DNA from: Phoronis australis
Lineage: Eukaryota > Animalia > Phoronida
Reading direction: 5' to 3'
Assembly: GCA_002633005.1 (NCBI GenBank)
Contig: NMRA01000111.1
Span: 738,656-802,655 of the forward strand
Length of the DNA: 64,000 nucleotides
The notes under the pieces were generated by a model that searched no databases, had not been told where the DNA came from, and saw nothing but the letters and a program-made list of their open reading frames with translations. Both the position numbers and the translations under genes were made by a program. This document shows, one piece after another, positions 13,621 through 26,683 of this stretch. Each line of letters opens with the position of its first letter. The first letter of the stretch is position 1.

Positions 13621-15674
13621 CTGGAAATGGATAATTGATGGAGTCATCTGTCGACGTTATCTTTTTTCGTTTTTTTTTTTCGGAATTATAAATCACTTGG
13701 TAAAAACTCAGAAGTTGACAGATGTCCATCACAACTGCATGACAATTGCTATTTCCTCTTTTTTGAAATTATATATCATTTCATTTATAGGGGCTAGCCA
13801 TTGGAGAGGGCCAATTGAGAGCATCCATGGGACACTTTTTTCGCATTTTATTATTGACAACTAATTCTTAAAGAGCCGCCCTCTGAGAAAGGGCCGTCCC
13901 GGCCACTGCATTGGATCAAGTTCTCAAATTTGATTCCTGAAGTTTGTGAAATCGTACAACCTTTTGTGTTTTAAATGCCATGTCTTGGAGGGTCACACGA
14001 TGAATAACCGTCTCTTTGCCATTTGTTTACGACGATTTTTTGCCCGAAGGTCCCCTTCCCAACGAGGATCATCCATTAAGGGCGGGCAACCTGCGGACCA
14101 ATTGTCCTCACCTATCCCCTTTACTCCAGTACTTTCAATTCCTCACGAGGCTTTAAGATTCCAAATTCACCTAAAATGTAAAAAAAAACGTGCTAAGCAT
14201 AGGAGTAATAAAACATCCGCCCTTCATTACAACCAAAAATGACCGCTATCGAAAACGATGGAAGTTTGCCGTGAAGAACTTGAAGATCACCGTATTGTGA
14301 ACTGGTTTTATAATTCTATAGAATACATATCGAAGCTTTTTTCCATAATATTCTGTGAGTTGTTTGTTTGAAACTCGCTAGTCACGTCGAACATGTGGTC
14401 AGGGGTACTATTTTTTTATGACCGAAATCTAACAGGCTAGACTACTCAAAGTACTATGCAGTACTTGAATTGTATAAGCGGAGATTTCAACGGCGGATCT
14501 TTGGAGATTAAGCTTAATGAACATACAAACCAGGCGCAATAAATATCTTTGCAACAAGCAAAATGCACGTTAACACAACCCTTCCGTGTTCCCCGGCTGC
14601 TCGGGCATTAATTGCCTAATAGTATTCTGTTTTGGTGAACAACGAATTTGTTAGTTTCTGATTTACCAGTGTATCTACGAGAACCGACTGATTAGTAGAA
14701 ATTTTTGACTATTAATAGGTAATCAATTACAACGATAGGATTATATTGATTTTCCGTTACCTACAGAAACATCGAAACCACCAGCGACTCGATTGGATTG
14801 GTCAAGTCTAGAATTGCGAATTAGAGAGCGGCGTTTGACTGTACACATTGCCTCCGAGTTGCCTTACTCGGCCACAGTTGAAAATCGTAGGATGGTGGGG
14901 ATGTTTTTTAATTCCCAAAGCGCTTCAGTTAAGACTTCATCAATAACTACTTAGCATTGCGAAAAGTGGCGCGGTTTAGATTTGTTGAGCTCAACCGTAC
15001 ACTTATGGCGAGGCACGAGGTATTTCGTGGTGTTACGAGAGGTTGCATGTAACACTGCTCTTCATTCGGATTTACAACGAAAAGAAGTATAGCAGCAGAC
15101 ATTCAGTTGACCTGTTTTGTAGACGCAATATATACTCGCGAAAATGCTCTGAAGATCATTACAAGCGAAAGCCCTACAAGATCACACTAGGTCTACTCCG
15201 GAGATTCGTGTGCTCTAGTCGATTGATTGGAAATTTATGAATGTTATAACATAACAGTCGAAATAGTATATGTTGTTCATTGAAATTGTTGCATGTGGTT
15301 GCTGCAACCACAAGCACTGGCAAATCGATGCATTCCACACAGATTACATGTCATCAGCTAAACAAAATAACAAAACGATACTTTCCGCCCCTTTTACCTT
15401 ATCAATAAAAAGAAGACATATATGGGCTTCCAGTGGCCACATCAATTATGAACGCTAGTATTCAAGAATGACCTGAAAAATCAAGTCAAGAGGCAAACGC
15501 AGGCCCGGAGCCAGCCAGCACTGAGCGGGGTGGTTCGAATTTCTAGATAGAGGAACATTTGATATTTTGCAAACGTCAACACTGTAGAGTTTTCGGTAAG
15601 GCCCATTGATGCATCTTAATTAGGGAGATGGGAAATCTGTATACTGAGGCTACATAACGATAGCTCAGCTCTAT

Positions 15675-16033
15675 GCATGGGCGCGGGCGCACCGTAGTGG
15701 GCCATTTTTTTCCAGTGCTGCGCCGCCCATGCTACATGTATATGATATCCTGAGATGAGACGGAACTTGTAATACCGGAAATGAGGATGCTGTGGCGGTT
15801 GCTCCGGCGCAAAGAATGACAGGACACAAATTCGAATTCAATGTGGTGCAGCAAAAGAACGTTCTCTCGTTACCTCCTGCCAAAACGTCAAACCATCAGG
15901 CACGCTTAAATGAGTGTAACCACTCATTATATGCTCGGACGGAAATTTATTCGGTGAATGCCTGACTAGACGACATTCACGGGCGGCGGGGGGGGGGGGG
16001 NGGGGGGGGGGGGTTATGGTGCGCCGCCCATGC
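15675..16033. mobile_element. GC-rich MITE with CATGGGCG(G)CGCACC-type TIRs; related fragments at ~29523-29630
   Basis: GCATGGGCGCGGGCGCACC at 15675 and GGTGCGCCGCCCATGC at ~16018-16033. Internal poly-G contains an N at 16001. Confidence 0.5.
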
Positions 16034-18688
16034 ATTGTTTATCTGGCGTTATTTTTGCGCGTTGAGTTTCTTACATTGCTGTAAATGGAAACAGCTCACT
16101 ATCAAGATTCTATACTCCGATGACTCACTGCTCCGAAAATAGCTAAACTATATCAGACTCAGGTGTAATTCATACTTTTATATGCAAAAATAAACAGTAC
16201 TTCAGTTATTAGATGCACCTATATATCGAGAACAATGCCCGGGTACTAAAACACTTAGCTTGGATTTCATGCCGTGTAGACAATGACCATAGCTGGTCGG
16301 CAGTACCCGTAGAGACGGGTGGTCAGTGCATGTGGACATGTCCGCATGTCTTAATACGGAAAAATGAGTACGCATGTGCATTTTTAAAAGAGTATGAAGT
16401 AGGAAAATGGATCAATCATGATACATTCAACAAATCCATGTCAATTGCAGCACGCTGAAATTTTTAGGGCCACTGGGCCTCAGAGTCAACGACTAAACCT
16501 TAGTCACCCAAGCCATGGCGGGAACCAGTCGCGCACGCGGGGCCGGGTCGAATCTATAGTTAGTCACGAGGCCACCCTGTCCCTGCCACTCTTCATGGAG
16601 TTAGGGAGTTCCACTCAGATGATGTAGATAGCATTCCAGCCTGATGCATCCTCAATTCTTCAACTATAGCTTAATAGTAGTCTCATGCGGAATCGGTCCG
16701 GGGTCAGTGTAAATCATAGCAATTACGATTCGTTCCAATCCCCAAGATAGTCTTCGCCTATTTCTTGAAAGGACAACCGTACGTGAGGGAGACAGGGCAT
16801 GCTGGTCTGAAAAAACACCCTAGTATGTATTCCCGAGAAAGCAAATCTCATTTGAACGCACGGTCCAATTCCCACTCCCCCACTCATGTCAGTCAAACTG
16901 ACTCGAAGCGGTGGACTGGGCGGGGCACGATCGATCGGATGGCCTTCTGGCACAAAGATAAACGGTTTAAGGGTGAAAATTTCCTGAGGTGTTAAAATTT
17001 TTCCTGACGTGATAGATTATACGTCGTGGCGCGAGAATTTCTGGTTTTCAGTGACTGAGCCCGTTTGCCTCGGAGTTCGTGGCACTCGGCTGACCGACCG
17101 CCTCGTAAAATGCAAACACGCATTTCAAAATAATTTTAAAATATGTCGATGTAATCGACACATTTCGTTTTGCGAGGGAAACCCGCTGAAATTCACGAAG
17201 TTTATAATTGTTTGGAGTTGTTTGTATCGTGTGGGTACACCGGCAGAATGATCATTCCGAAAGTAGCTACATTGCATTGGTTCACTTTATTGCTACAGTG
17301 ACTGTTCCTTTGTTGGTCATGACGTGTCCCGTACTCTTCACTGAAGGAGAACGAATTGTTCAACAATCTGCAGGGATTTTTTGCCTATTGTTGCTCGTTA
17401 TTAAACAATTAGAAGGCAAAAATTGCACGTTGGCGTTTTCGGTAGGCCTAAACTTCTTTGACATTCCTGTTCTTTATAATACCCTCTTTCTCGCACAGGA
17501 ACTTCTTGTATAAATTTTGAGTAACCTTGTGTCCATAGGCTTACACTGACACTGTCACTCACGCACTGCCACTACTACTGCACTGTGGTGGTGGATAGCC
17601 TTGCCCCTTGGATTTGGTGCAAAGCTATATTAACTTAGTGTTGTAAAAACACCCATAGACTTTTCTTTGTTCCAAAATGCGGAGAATTATTCAAGAAAAT
17701 GACATTTATTAGATTGTTTTTCACTCAAATGGCTGCTACAATGGGATGAGCAAGGTGAGTGTCAGTTCAGGCTCCCAGATTTTGCACACAGGTGTCCTCA
17801 GCTTCTGATCGTCCCCATATAATATGTAGTGTATTGGGGACGATCAGAAGCTGAGGACGCCTGTGATTTTGCATGCATTCCCGCTTGTCAGTAGCTCTAC
17901 ATATTGATATAAGTTTCACGAGAAGGTGACGAGAAGAACTTCCCAGTTTGTGTGAAATTTCAAGGTCTAACAAGCTCAACACAGTGGTACCTAGCTTTAC
18001 TTTTGACGATAATCTTCCTACAGCTGGCTGGCAGGCTAGTCCAGTAAGCAGTGAGAGACCCATAATGATGTGCACCTTACCTGCACACAGTCACAGTACT
18101 TCTGCTTACTGAGGATTTTTGAAAAGAGTGCCTTTCAAAGTGTGCGACATGTACAAAAAGGTCTCGGGATGCTTTCGGATAGCAGTGTGGGGCTCTTTCA
18201 GAAACTCATTGTGTTGGAATTAAAGCACCTTTTATGATTCAGCACTGCATATTGAGTGTTATGCATGAAGAATGGTTGTCCACTGAGATCAAACTTTAAT
18301 GATAGGTAGAGCAACACCACAGGCCTATTTGGAATTTGTTGATTTATTACGAAACGGCATCAGAACCACCAGCACTATGACACACACCATTATCTATACA
18401 AACGCCTGCCATGATGATAATGTTGTTGAGCACTTCAGGGTGCCATGTTTAAGTAGGCGTGTGGTGCATGTGGTTTATAGTTTAACATATGTGAGCATTT
18501 TACAACCACTTGGATCTTAACTCACCATTTCATTACTATAAATCCTGAAAAATCCATATGTCAAAGCAAGTCAATCCTGTAAAGGGTTTGTGGATATAGT
18601 TTAATAAAAAGGATCTGTTACAGTAATTATAATTTGTCTAATCACCGTATTGCAGATATGCTGATGGTACTTTACAGAAGTGTCCACA

Positions 18689-19126
18689 ATGAAGCCATTC
18701 CGCAGCAGGCGCTCGTCATATCGATTGTTAGTGCTGTTTCTTGTAGCAGCTACAGTGTACATAATGTTTCAAGTCTTCTCAGTCAACATCCTCAGTGTGC
18801 ACAACAAACTCGTGCAGAAACATGAAAAACGCAAATACTTTCCGGAAGCAAACTTGGGAGCTAAGAGAGCGCAGAAACACGGACAGGGGGAACATGCCGG
18901 TAATAAAATTCCTGTTCGTGGTGGGAGTATACATACACTGGAGGAATCTGCTAGAAATAGACAAGACATGGCTGATGTTGAAGGGGAACATGAAGATAGG
19001 ACTCATCGGAAGATTTCGCATAATGACAACTTTAAAACATTTCAAAGGACTATGCATGGTGTGCACCCTGATCTACTAAGCAAATACAAGGATACTACTG
19101 GACAATTTCAGTGCCTTCATACAAAA
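18689..19126 (+). CDS. PRKCSH-like exon 1: basic tail, transmembrane anchor, stem
   Basis: MKPFRSRRSSYR-LLVLFLVAATVYIMFQVFSVNIL...GQFQCLHTK|gtaatt. Confidence 0.85.
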
Positions 19127-22100
19127 GTAATTATTCTCCATTGGTGGTTGCTTTGTTGTATGAATGAAATGGCGAATGTTTTCAAGCTGATTTCCAAACA
19201 AAACTGAAAAATAAGTAAAAAATCTGCATCAAACTTTCACATTATGAAGGCGTGTATTCGTTCCAGAAGCCTATTGACTTTTGGTGAGATCAACATTAAA
19301 CAGTTTCTGCTGTTATGCCTTAGAAAATAGCAAAATGGTAGACTTCCAAGTAGAAATGCAGTACTGATCATGTGGGTCCAGATACTAACGTCCTCTGGGG
19401 AATGAGAAGGCATTATAAATTTTGTTTAAATCATATTATGTCTAATGTCATACACTGTAAAAGGGTCTTTTCTCAAAGTCGAACCGTTCCCCTATGCCAC
19501 CCATTGAGAAGAAGAGGTACCCCTGGTACAGACGGGTGCCGATATTGTTGCTTGACTTACAAGTCAATTTGAATATCAAGTAAATGTTGTTTTCACTAAG
19601 TAATATTGCTGTTATTACTTATTATATATAAATGTTGCTGTTATTACTTATTATATATAAATGTTGCTGTTATTACTTATTATATATAAATTTTGCTGTT
19701 ATTACTTATTATATATAAATTTTGCTGTTATTACTTATTATATATAAATGTTGCTTTTCAAATGAATTTTCTTAAAAAATGAGTAGAAAATGCAACGCTT
19801 AGTTTTAAAGCTGCATTAGACCCTGTTTAGGTGGCTAAATACTCGAATAGAATTTGTTGTTTTACCCTCATAAATTCCTTACAGTGACAAGATTCCATTC
19901 CTGTTAATAACCCAAGTCTTCTCGTGTGCTAGTTTGTATTGTGTTAATTTATTACACCTTTCACTTAGGAACACATACCTGTGGACCAGGTGAATGATAA
20001 TTACTGTGACTGTGTTGATGGCACTGATGAGCCAGGTACACCTGCCTGCCAAAACAACAGGTAATACGCTTTCATGCCTTGTGCTCTTCGTCTATTTCTA
20101 TTAAATGTTAGTGCTGCTTTTGTGGACATGATCCTTATTGTTATGATTAAAAGAGGAAAGCAATCATTTTGGTGTTATGCTTGGTAAAGTTAGAGATCCC
20201 TGGTTATCTTGGGATCACATTTTCCCTGTTAATATTGAATACTCCTCTGGCATGTATGGAAAAATAGAAAGTGATGTTAACGGCCCGGCAAAGGGTCCAC
20301 ATCTTGGTTCTCCATTCATTTCCACTGTGGGACCAGTATGTCCTACTTCATATTGACCACATTGTGTGCTGACTAACATGGAATTTGTCTCTACAAGATA
20401 ACAAGGGATCACCCTTTTTATTAACGTAACACCAAAAATAGTTGTTTTTCCCTTTAAGACTTTAACTTATTTAGTCACTAAATAATTGATTAAAAGATTT
20501 GTACAAATATGATGTCTTATTCTCATAACACAGTATTTATTATGACTTGTAGGTTTTACTGTGCAATGCAACTCAATCAGCAAAGAGCTGAGTCTCTGAA
20601 ATCGATTCCGGCTTCCTTTGTTAATGATGGAATATGCGATTGCTGCGATGGTTCAGATGAATGGATGGGTAATTTACTACCAGACAACATTCGCATTGAA
20701 AGTGAGTGACTTGTAGTGGTTTCCTTTAGCTTCAAGGTGTGGTGAAGTCGTTGTGTTCTGAAAGCAAATCTTTGACCATGTTCAGAAAAAACATGTAACT
20801 TTGAAAGTGAAGTGCTATGAAAGAACATAGTGTCAAAATTGAAAAAGTATGGTCCTCCCAGGTATAACCTGTACTCCCATACACTATGAAAGTTATTTAC
20901 TTTAAAAAAATCCAGTTTGGGATGGGGAAAATTAATTATTTTATTATGTGCCCACATATTTATATGTAGACTCATTATGCCGTCATCTCCGTCCGTCCGT
21001 CCGGGCGGCGTCCAGCGTCCGCTGCTTTATCTCCAAAACCCTTTGACATACGTTCATGAAATTTGGCACATATGTTCCATTCATGAATGGGATGGCATGT
21101 GCGAACTTTTGGACGGATCTGACTACCGGTGTGCCCCCTAGTGGCAATTTTAGTTTTTTACGCTTACCTTTGTATCTTCAAAAGTCCTGAACGGATTTCC
21201 ATGAAATTTGGTATGTAGGCACGCTATCCTCTTGTTTTCAGATGGATTCGACATAGTTTGCGCCACCTAATGGCCATTTTTCGAGTCTGTTTTTTTGCGT
21301 CCACCCCTCTATCAACCAAACCTCTCAAAGGATGATTGTGAAAATTGGCATGTATATGCTTACTATGTAGAGGACGGTTGACGATGATTTTCAGACGATT
21401 TGGACTACTGTGGCACCTCCTAGTGGCAGTTTTGTTTTTTTTTTGCGCCTATGGCTGTATCTCCTAAACCGTTCACAGGATCTTTACGAAATTTAATAAG
21501 TGTATTTATATTATTTTAACAACAGACGATGACGACTTTTGGACGGATCCGCCTACCAGTGTGCCCCCTAGTGGCAATTTTATTTTTTTACGTTTACCTC
21601 TGTATCTTCACAAGTCCTTAACGGATTTTCATGAAATTTGGTATATAGGCACCTATTAGTGCGATGACGCTATCCTCCTGTTTTTGGATGGATTCGACCT
21701 AGTTTGCGACACCCAGTGGCCATTTTTACTGTTTTTGAGTCTGTTTTTTGGCGTCCACCCCTCTATCAACCAAACCGCTATAAGTATTATTGTGAAAATT
21801 GGCATGTATGTTCTTACTATGAAGAGGACGGTTGACACTGAATTTCCCATGACTTTGATTACTGTGGCGCCTCCTAGTGGCAGTTTTTTTGCGCCCATGG
21901 CTGTATCTCCCAAACCGTTTGCAGGATCTTTACTAAATTTAGCAAGTGTATTTATGTGATGTTGACAAGGGACGATGACGACTTTAGGATGATTCTGACT
22001 ACGGGTATGCCTCTAGTGGCAATTTTAGTATTTTACATTGACCTCTGTATTTTTATAGGTCTTCAGGTGTATACTTTATGTTACTTTGTGACTATGAAGG

Positions 22101-25050
22101 AAAAGTTCCAAGTAGAAATTTGTTTCTGGCATTCTAATGCTGTGCTAATCTCGTATGTTGGTAAATTTGTTTTTAATTCTATGTTTCTGTGGTGCTTTAA
22201 GCAACTGATGTATAAGATGTGCTTGTATTATGAAGATCACTCACATTTTGCCCCTAGCCTATTGAGGAGGCAATGACCATGCCTTTCCATTTTGCAAAGT
22301 ACAACATACTACATATATGCCCTCTACTGGCCACTTGATGGTACCAATAAACAACCCTAGAAGGATACCGTATGCGGCGCAATTGTGGGCGCATTTCAAC
22401 ACTCAGCGTTGCTCTTGTTAAAGATTGGAGCTTATAGAAAATTTTAGAAATGGGTAATATTGGCTGTCCCAAATTCAAGAATTACGATAAAAACTAACAG
22501 CAGTTCTTATAATGGTCAACATTATAAGAACTGCCAATTCAGAATGCAGTGTCCATTATTTTAGAAATATGATCAATGCTAAAACTGACCATGCCCCAGT
22601 CTTCAGAGTCAAGAAAATTTATTGATTTCACCATGAATTTGGGTTGTCCCACATTTTATAGACTTCTACTTCTTGAACTACATAACAATTAAGGTAAAAT
22701 AATGGCTTTTACATTTTTTTGTATGTTGTGAAGATTTTTGGACACTGGTTTTCTCTTGGCTTCTAGAAAGGTGTCCAAATTTTGCTAACCACAGAACATC
22801 GTATCTCAGAAAAGGTTGATCTAATTCATATACATTGTGTTTTTTACACTGTTCTCTAAAATAATGCTACGAATTGTCTTGAACATGTCCCATTTTTGCC
22901 TGAGAACTCAACAAAAATTTGACTTTTCATAGTTTCTATGGAAAAATGTTAAGTAAAAGGAAACCCCAATTTTATTTTGAAACCCATAACATCGTTTTTG
23001 AGACTTCATTTCTTTACATGAAATGAAATTTGGTCATGTCATTGATACCATTGTTTTGCTATGAATACCAGGGTCTTGCCTTTTTTCTAAAGTTTACTAA
23101 AGGCAGGTTGGTAGTCAAAAATCAAATTCTACAGACCTTCTGCTTTCCGAAATTATACTTTTGTTGACCAAGAAGCTAATTTAGTTTTGTTGGTACTAGG
23201 CTAAATACGTTGACTTTTCAACACGGACCTTTATAACCTTAAATGAAGTGCTAAACTTTTTCGTATTGATGTATCTGAACTGGCCCACATGCCCACGCAC
23301 AAATGTACACACATATAGTTAAAACCAAGCAGAGTTCTTACTTGTTAGCTTTCGCTGGATCTTTAACCAACAATCTTTTGATTGTAAGGCTTGTGCTCTG
23401 CCACTAGATCCCATTGTTTCCTGAAGTAGTGCCGTGATGTATTGCTTTCGTTAATTGCCATTTCACTGCGTTTGTGCTTGACTTTTTCTTGTGTTGTAGA
23501 TCCTTCGCGTAAATTCCCAGTCAATCATGCCCCATGTAAAAGCACATGTCAGGAAGTTGCTGACCAAGAAGTCAAGCTACAGAACCTCATTAAGATGGGT
23601 CAAAGGCTGAAGCAGGAATATATCAAAGAAGCTTTTGATAACTCTGTAACAGACAAGGTATTTGATGACACAGATATTGGTGCTCTAGCAAAATGCGTTA
23701 TTTTTGAAATAAATTAGGTAGTGATAAAATGTTGGTCAGGAGCAATGTATTGTCTGATGTACTGGGATGAGCACTGTAAAACACTCAGAACTGTCCCTTT
23801 CAACAAGTTGTGCATTCCTGTTGTCCTGCTACTTTACATGGTTGTGTTGATTAAAGTCAATTGCCGACTGAGAGAGTGGTTTTGTTTCAATGACCATCTT
23901 TTGTAATGCAAACATTTAAGGTTTTTTGTTAATATCTGATGAAGGCTCTGTAATTCATTTATTTCCCAATTGTGAACCTGTGATTTACATTTGCTGCAGC
24001 GGTGTGTCTTTGTCACCTCTTTTTTTCTCACAGCTTGTAAACAGGTATAAAAGTGCTTTAGAATCAGTGTGGTATTAATTGGTACTTGATCTGTTTCTAT
24101 GAATTTTACATTTCCTGTTCTTGAACAACACAACATGCTATTTTCACAAAGACCGAACTCTTTGATTTTGCAAAAACACTTCAGTATCACGAAAACACAA
24201 TATCTTGTTCAGAATAGCTCCGTTTGGTGGTTGCAACAGTTGCACTCTTTTCAGAAATATGGCAGTCAAGGAGAGTACTTCAGATTGAGCCATAGTTGTT
24301 TTGAAATCTACCACGGTGGATTTGAGTATAAAGTCTGTCCCTTTGTGGAAGCAACGCAGACTGAAAATAAAAGGAACCGAAAGAGTCTAGGACATTCCAG
24401 TGTGACATGGCTGAACAAAAGTGAAATGAAAATGACTGGAGGTGACTCACTGCAGTGTCCGGGAGCAATCAGTCGAAGCAGCATTGTAAGGCAAAGTTCT
24501 ATATTTCATAATGTTATTTAATGGTGCTTTCTGGAGTGATTTGAAGCAAATTTTAATCAGTGGACAGAATGCAGCTAAAATATAATCATAAAATACATAT
24601 TGTTCTCTACAGTAATTTGCCATATTGTAAAAATATTTTTACATTCATATGTTTGTGTACTGATTGTCCTTAATCGTTGTATTTGCTGTCTAGTTGTGGT
24701 TAGTATCGTAGTTCGTCGCGTTTGTCATTGAAATATTCCAAGTAATTCTTTAAAGCAGCAGACAAAGAACAAGATTGTGTGGTAGCTAGTTGGACTGAAT
24801 TAACACTTACAGTTGAGTCTGAAGTTAGTGCATGACAAACCTGAGGTGCTTATGCACTATGTATGGTAGTACTAGAATAGTTGGACAGCATTTACTTCGT
24901 GCTTGATGTTGAAAGTTGTTCAACAACGACTGTTACTTTTCTTCATTTCAGATTAAGTTCGAGTGTGGTCTAGAAGATAAATTGCTAAGTGTAAGAGAGT
25001 CAAGTATCTGTGAATACTACTTCATCATGACTTCTCCAGCTGCGTGTTAA
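18689..25050 (+). CDS. Glucosidase II beta subunit (PRKCSH)-like type II membrane protein, 6 coding exons, 388 aa
   Basis: Exons 18689-19126, 19969-20060, 20553-20701, 23500-23657, 24255-24485, 24952-25050. All introns GT-AG, phases consistent, 1167 nt. Has the G2B motifs VNDNYCDCVDGTDEPGTPAC and VNDGICDCCDGSDE, and an MRH domain YKVCPF...CEYYFIMTSPAAC*. Confidence 0.9.
19606..19755. repeat. Minisatellite, 29-bp unit x ~5
   Basis: TTGCTGTTATTACTTATTATATATAAATG repeated in tandem in intron 1. Confidence 0.95.
19969..20060 (+). CDS. PRKCSH-like exon 2
   Basis: cttag|EHIPVDQVNDNYCDCVDGTDEPGTPACQNN|gtaata. Confidence 0.92.
20553..20701 (+). CDS. PRKCSH-like exon 3
   Basis: tgtag|FYCAMQ...VNDGICDCCDGSDEW...IE|gtgagt. 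Confidence 0.92.
20943..22421 (-). mobile_element. Helentron-type element copy 2 (inverted), in intron 3 of the PRKCSH-like gene
   Basis: Reverse complement of 6536-8530, including the termini, (GGAC)n and terminal hairpin. Has only two higher-order units. Confidence 0.8.
23500..23657 (+). CDS. PRKCSH-like exon 4 (short coiled coil)
   Basis: tgtag|PSRKFPVNHAPCKSTCQEVADQEVKLQNLIKMGQRLKQEYIKEAFDNSVTDK|gtattt. Confidence 0.88.
24255..24485 (+). CDS. PRKCSH-like exon 5 (MRH domain)
   Basis: ttcag|KYGSQGEYFRLSHSCFEIYHGGFEYKVCPF...CPGAISRSSI|gtaagg. Confidence 0.92.
24952..25050 (+). CDS. PRKCSH-like exon 6 (MRH C-terminus, stop)
   Basis: ttcag|IKFECGLEDKLLSVRESSICEYYFIMTSPAAC*; AATAAA at ~25257. 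Confidence 0.92.
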   Translation: MKFECGLEDKLLSVRESSICEYYFIMTSPAAC

Positions 25051-26644
25051 ACCTGTGTTGGCAATATTGGTGATACTACTTCTCGTGCTTCTCAGCAGCC
25101 GGCTGTTCATTCCATCAGGCCATAATACTGTGAACAATGTCAGTGAGTTAAATAAATGAACAGAGCTAATCGGAACGTTTGGTCTTGCAAACTTCGCATT
25201 GTTGTGGAGGAATATCTGCTCAACTTTTGTTATTGTAGTGATTTTCATTGTTATTTAATAAACTTTATGCTCACAATCCCGCTTCTACTGCAACATCGAA
25301 ACTCATGCATTGCAACATTATCTTTGAATTATTGTGCAATATATGTAGGTTGTGGGTCTTCCTGTGTAACCATTATAACATTAGCCACCTTCTAGTTATC
25401 AGCTCTCTCTTTGGTTCTGTGATATTTACCCACAATGCTCTGCATTTGTTGGGCACTGCTAGGGTGCTAAACACTACTTCGCATTTAGTTTTGCTTTTAT
25501 ATAGTGAGTTGGAATCCAGAAGTTGAAAAGCCAATTGAGGTGTGATCAATATTTCATTGCTTGTTTCACTTGGCTTAGAAGTACATGTATGTTAGCAGCC
25601 CTACCTTTCCAAACTTTAACCAGTCGTGTTTTGCTACCAACCTGGAAGAGGAGAGTTGAATCCAGGATGTGGAATTGATGTAAACTGAGATTCAAAACAA
25701 TGCAATTATTGGCTCATGGTGCTGAAATGGATTGCTTTTAAGATGTACCCATTGTGGTTTGTAGTAGTCTAGTACTGCATTCCATTATGATTGACCTTGA
25801 TTGTAAATTCATCAGTAGATTTAAAAAATATAATATGGTAATTAAATGAGTTATTTTGCACTTGGTAACAGTGAAGTAGACTTCCATTTTATGGATTTTC
25901 ACAAAATAACACTTTTCAGTGTCTGCCATGCTCTACTCAGTGGTAACTGGTATAAGAATAATAGTATTGTTGAAGACATTTGTGACTTTGGCAGTCATGG
26001 GAAATTTACAAAGAAATCAGGTGCCATGGGAATTGATCAATAAGTGTAGAATTTGGAGAGGAAGAAAATGTTAAGGGAAATGTTTACAGCCTCATTGCTG
26101 GGGGATCTTCTTCATAGGAGCTTAGTGCCCCTTAAAAGTGCTACTTCGAAAATTCTATGACTGGTGGAGATGAACAAATTTTGGATACGGGGGCAGGGTT
26201 GAAAGAATTGTGACTGTTGGGAGTGGGGGATCTCCAGACATGTAGCTTAGGGTCCCAATTAAGAAACCTTAATCAGGCACTGTGTTTGCCTCACCTACAG
26301 GCCAAGTAATGATGATAAATCAAAGCCAGTGGTAGAGACACTGGAGTTTCAGAGGGTTTAAACTTTCCTGATATGACGAAAAAATATACCACAAGCCCTA
26401 AGTAGTACCTACAGCATTCGTACCCCACTCTCGAGGCTGAAAGCAAAAGATATTTTTTTTCGAAAATATCTCTGTAGCAGTATAATTTATCCACATTATC
26501 AAGGGAACTGTAATTCATGGTAAGAATTTGAGTCTATGAAGACTCTTTGGTTCTGGTTGAAAAGGTGTGGAGGAAAAACGGATACTCGAAAGACTCGAGT
26601 ATTAAATTTCTATGCAACGTGAGTCCTTTTAGTGGACATTCTCT

Positions 26645-26683
26645 GTATCGTATCGTATTGTATTGTATTGTATTATTGTATTT
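26645..26683. repeat. (GTATY)n pentanucleotide microsatellite
   Basis: gtatcgtatcgtattgtattgtattgtatt... Confidence 0.8.

Noticed and set aside
18658-18825. Out-of-frame upstream ATG ORF overlapping the PRKCSH-like start
   Set aside because: A good acceptor (TTTACAG at 18677) lies downstream of these ATGs, so they may be intronic; unresolved without transcripts.
25640-25700. miR-1175/miR-750-like words in the 3' region
   Set aside because: Partial matches only; no proper hairpin or seed match.
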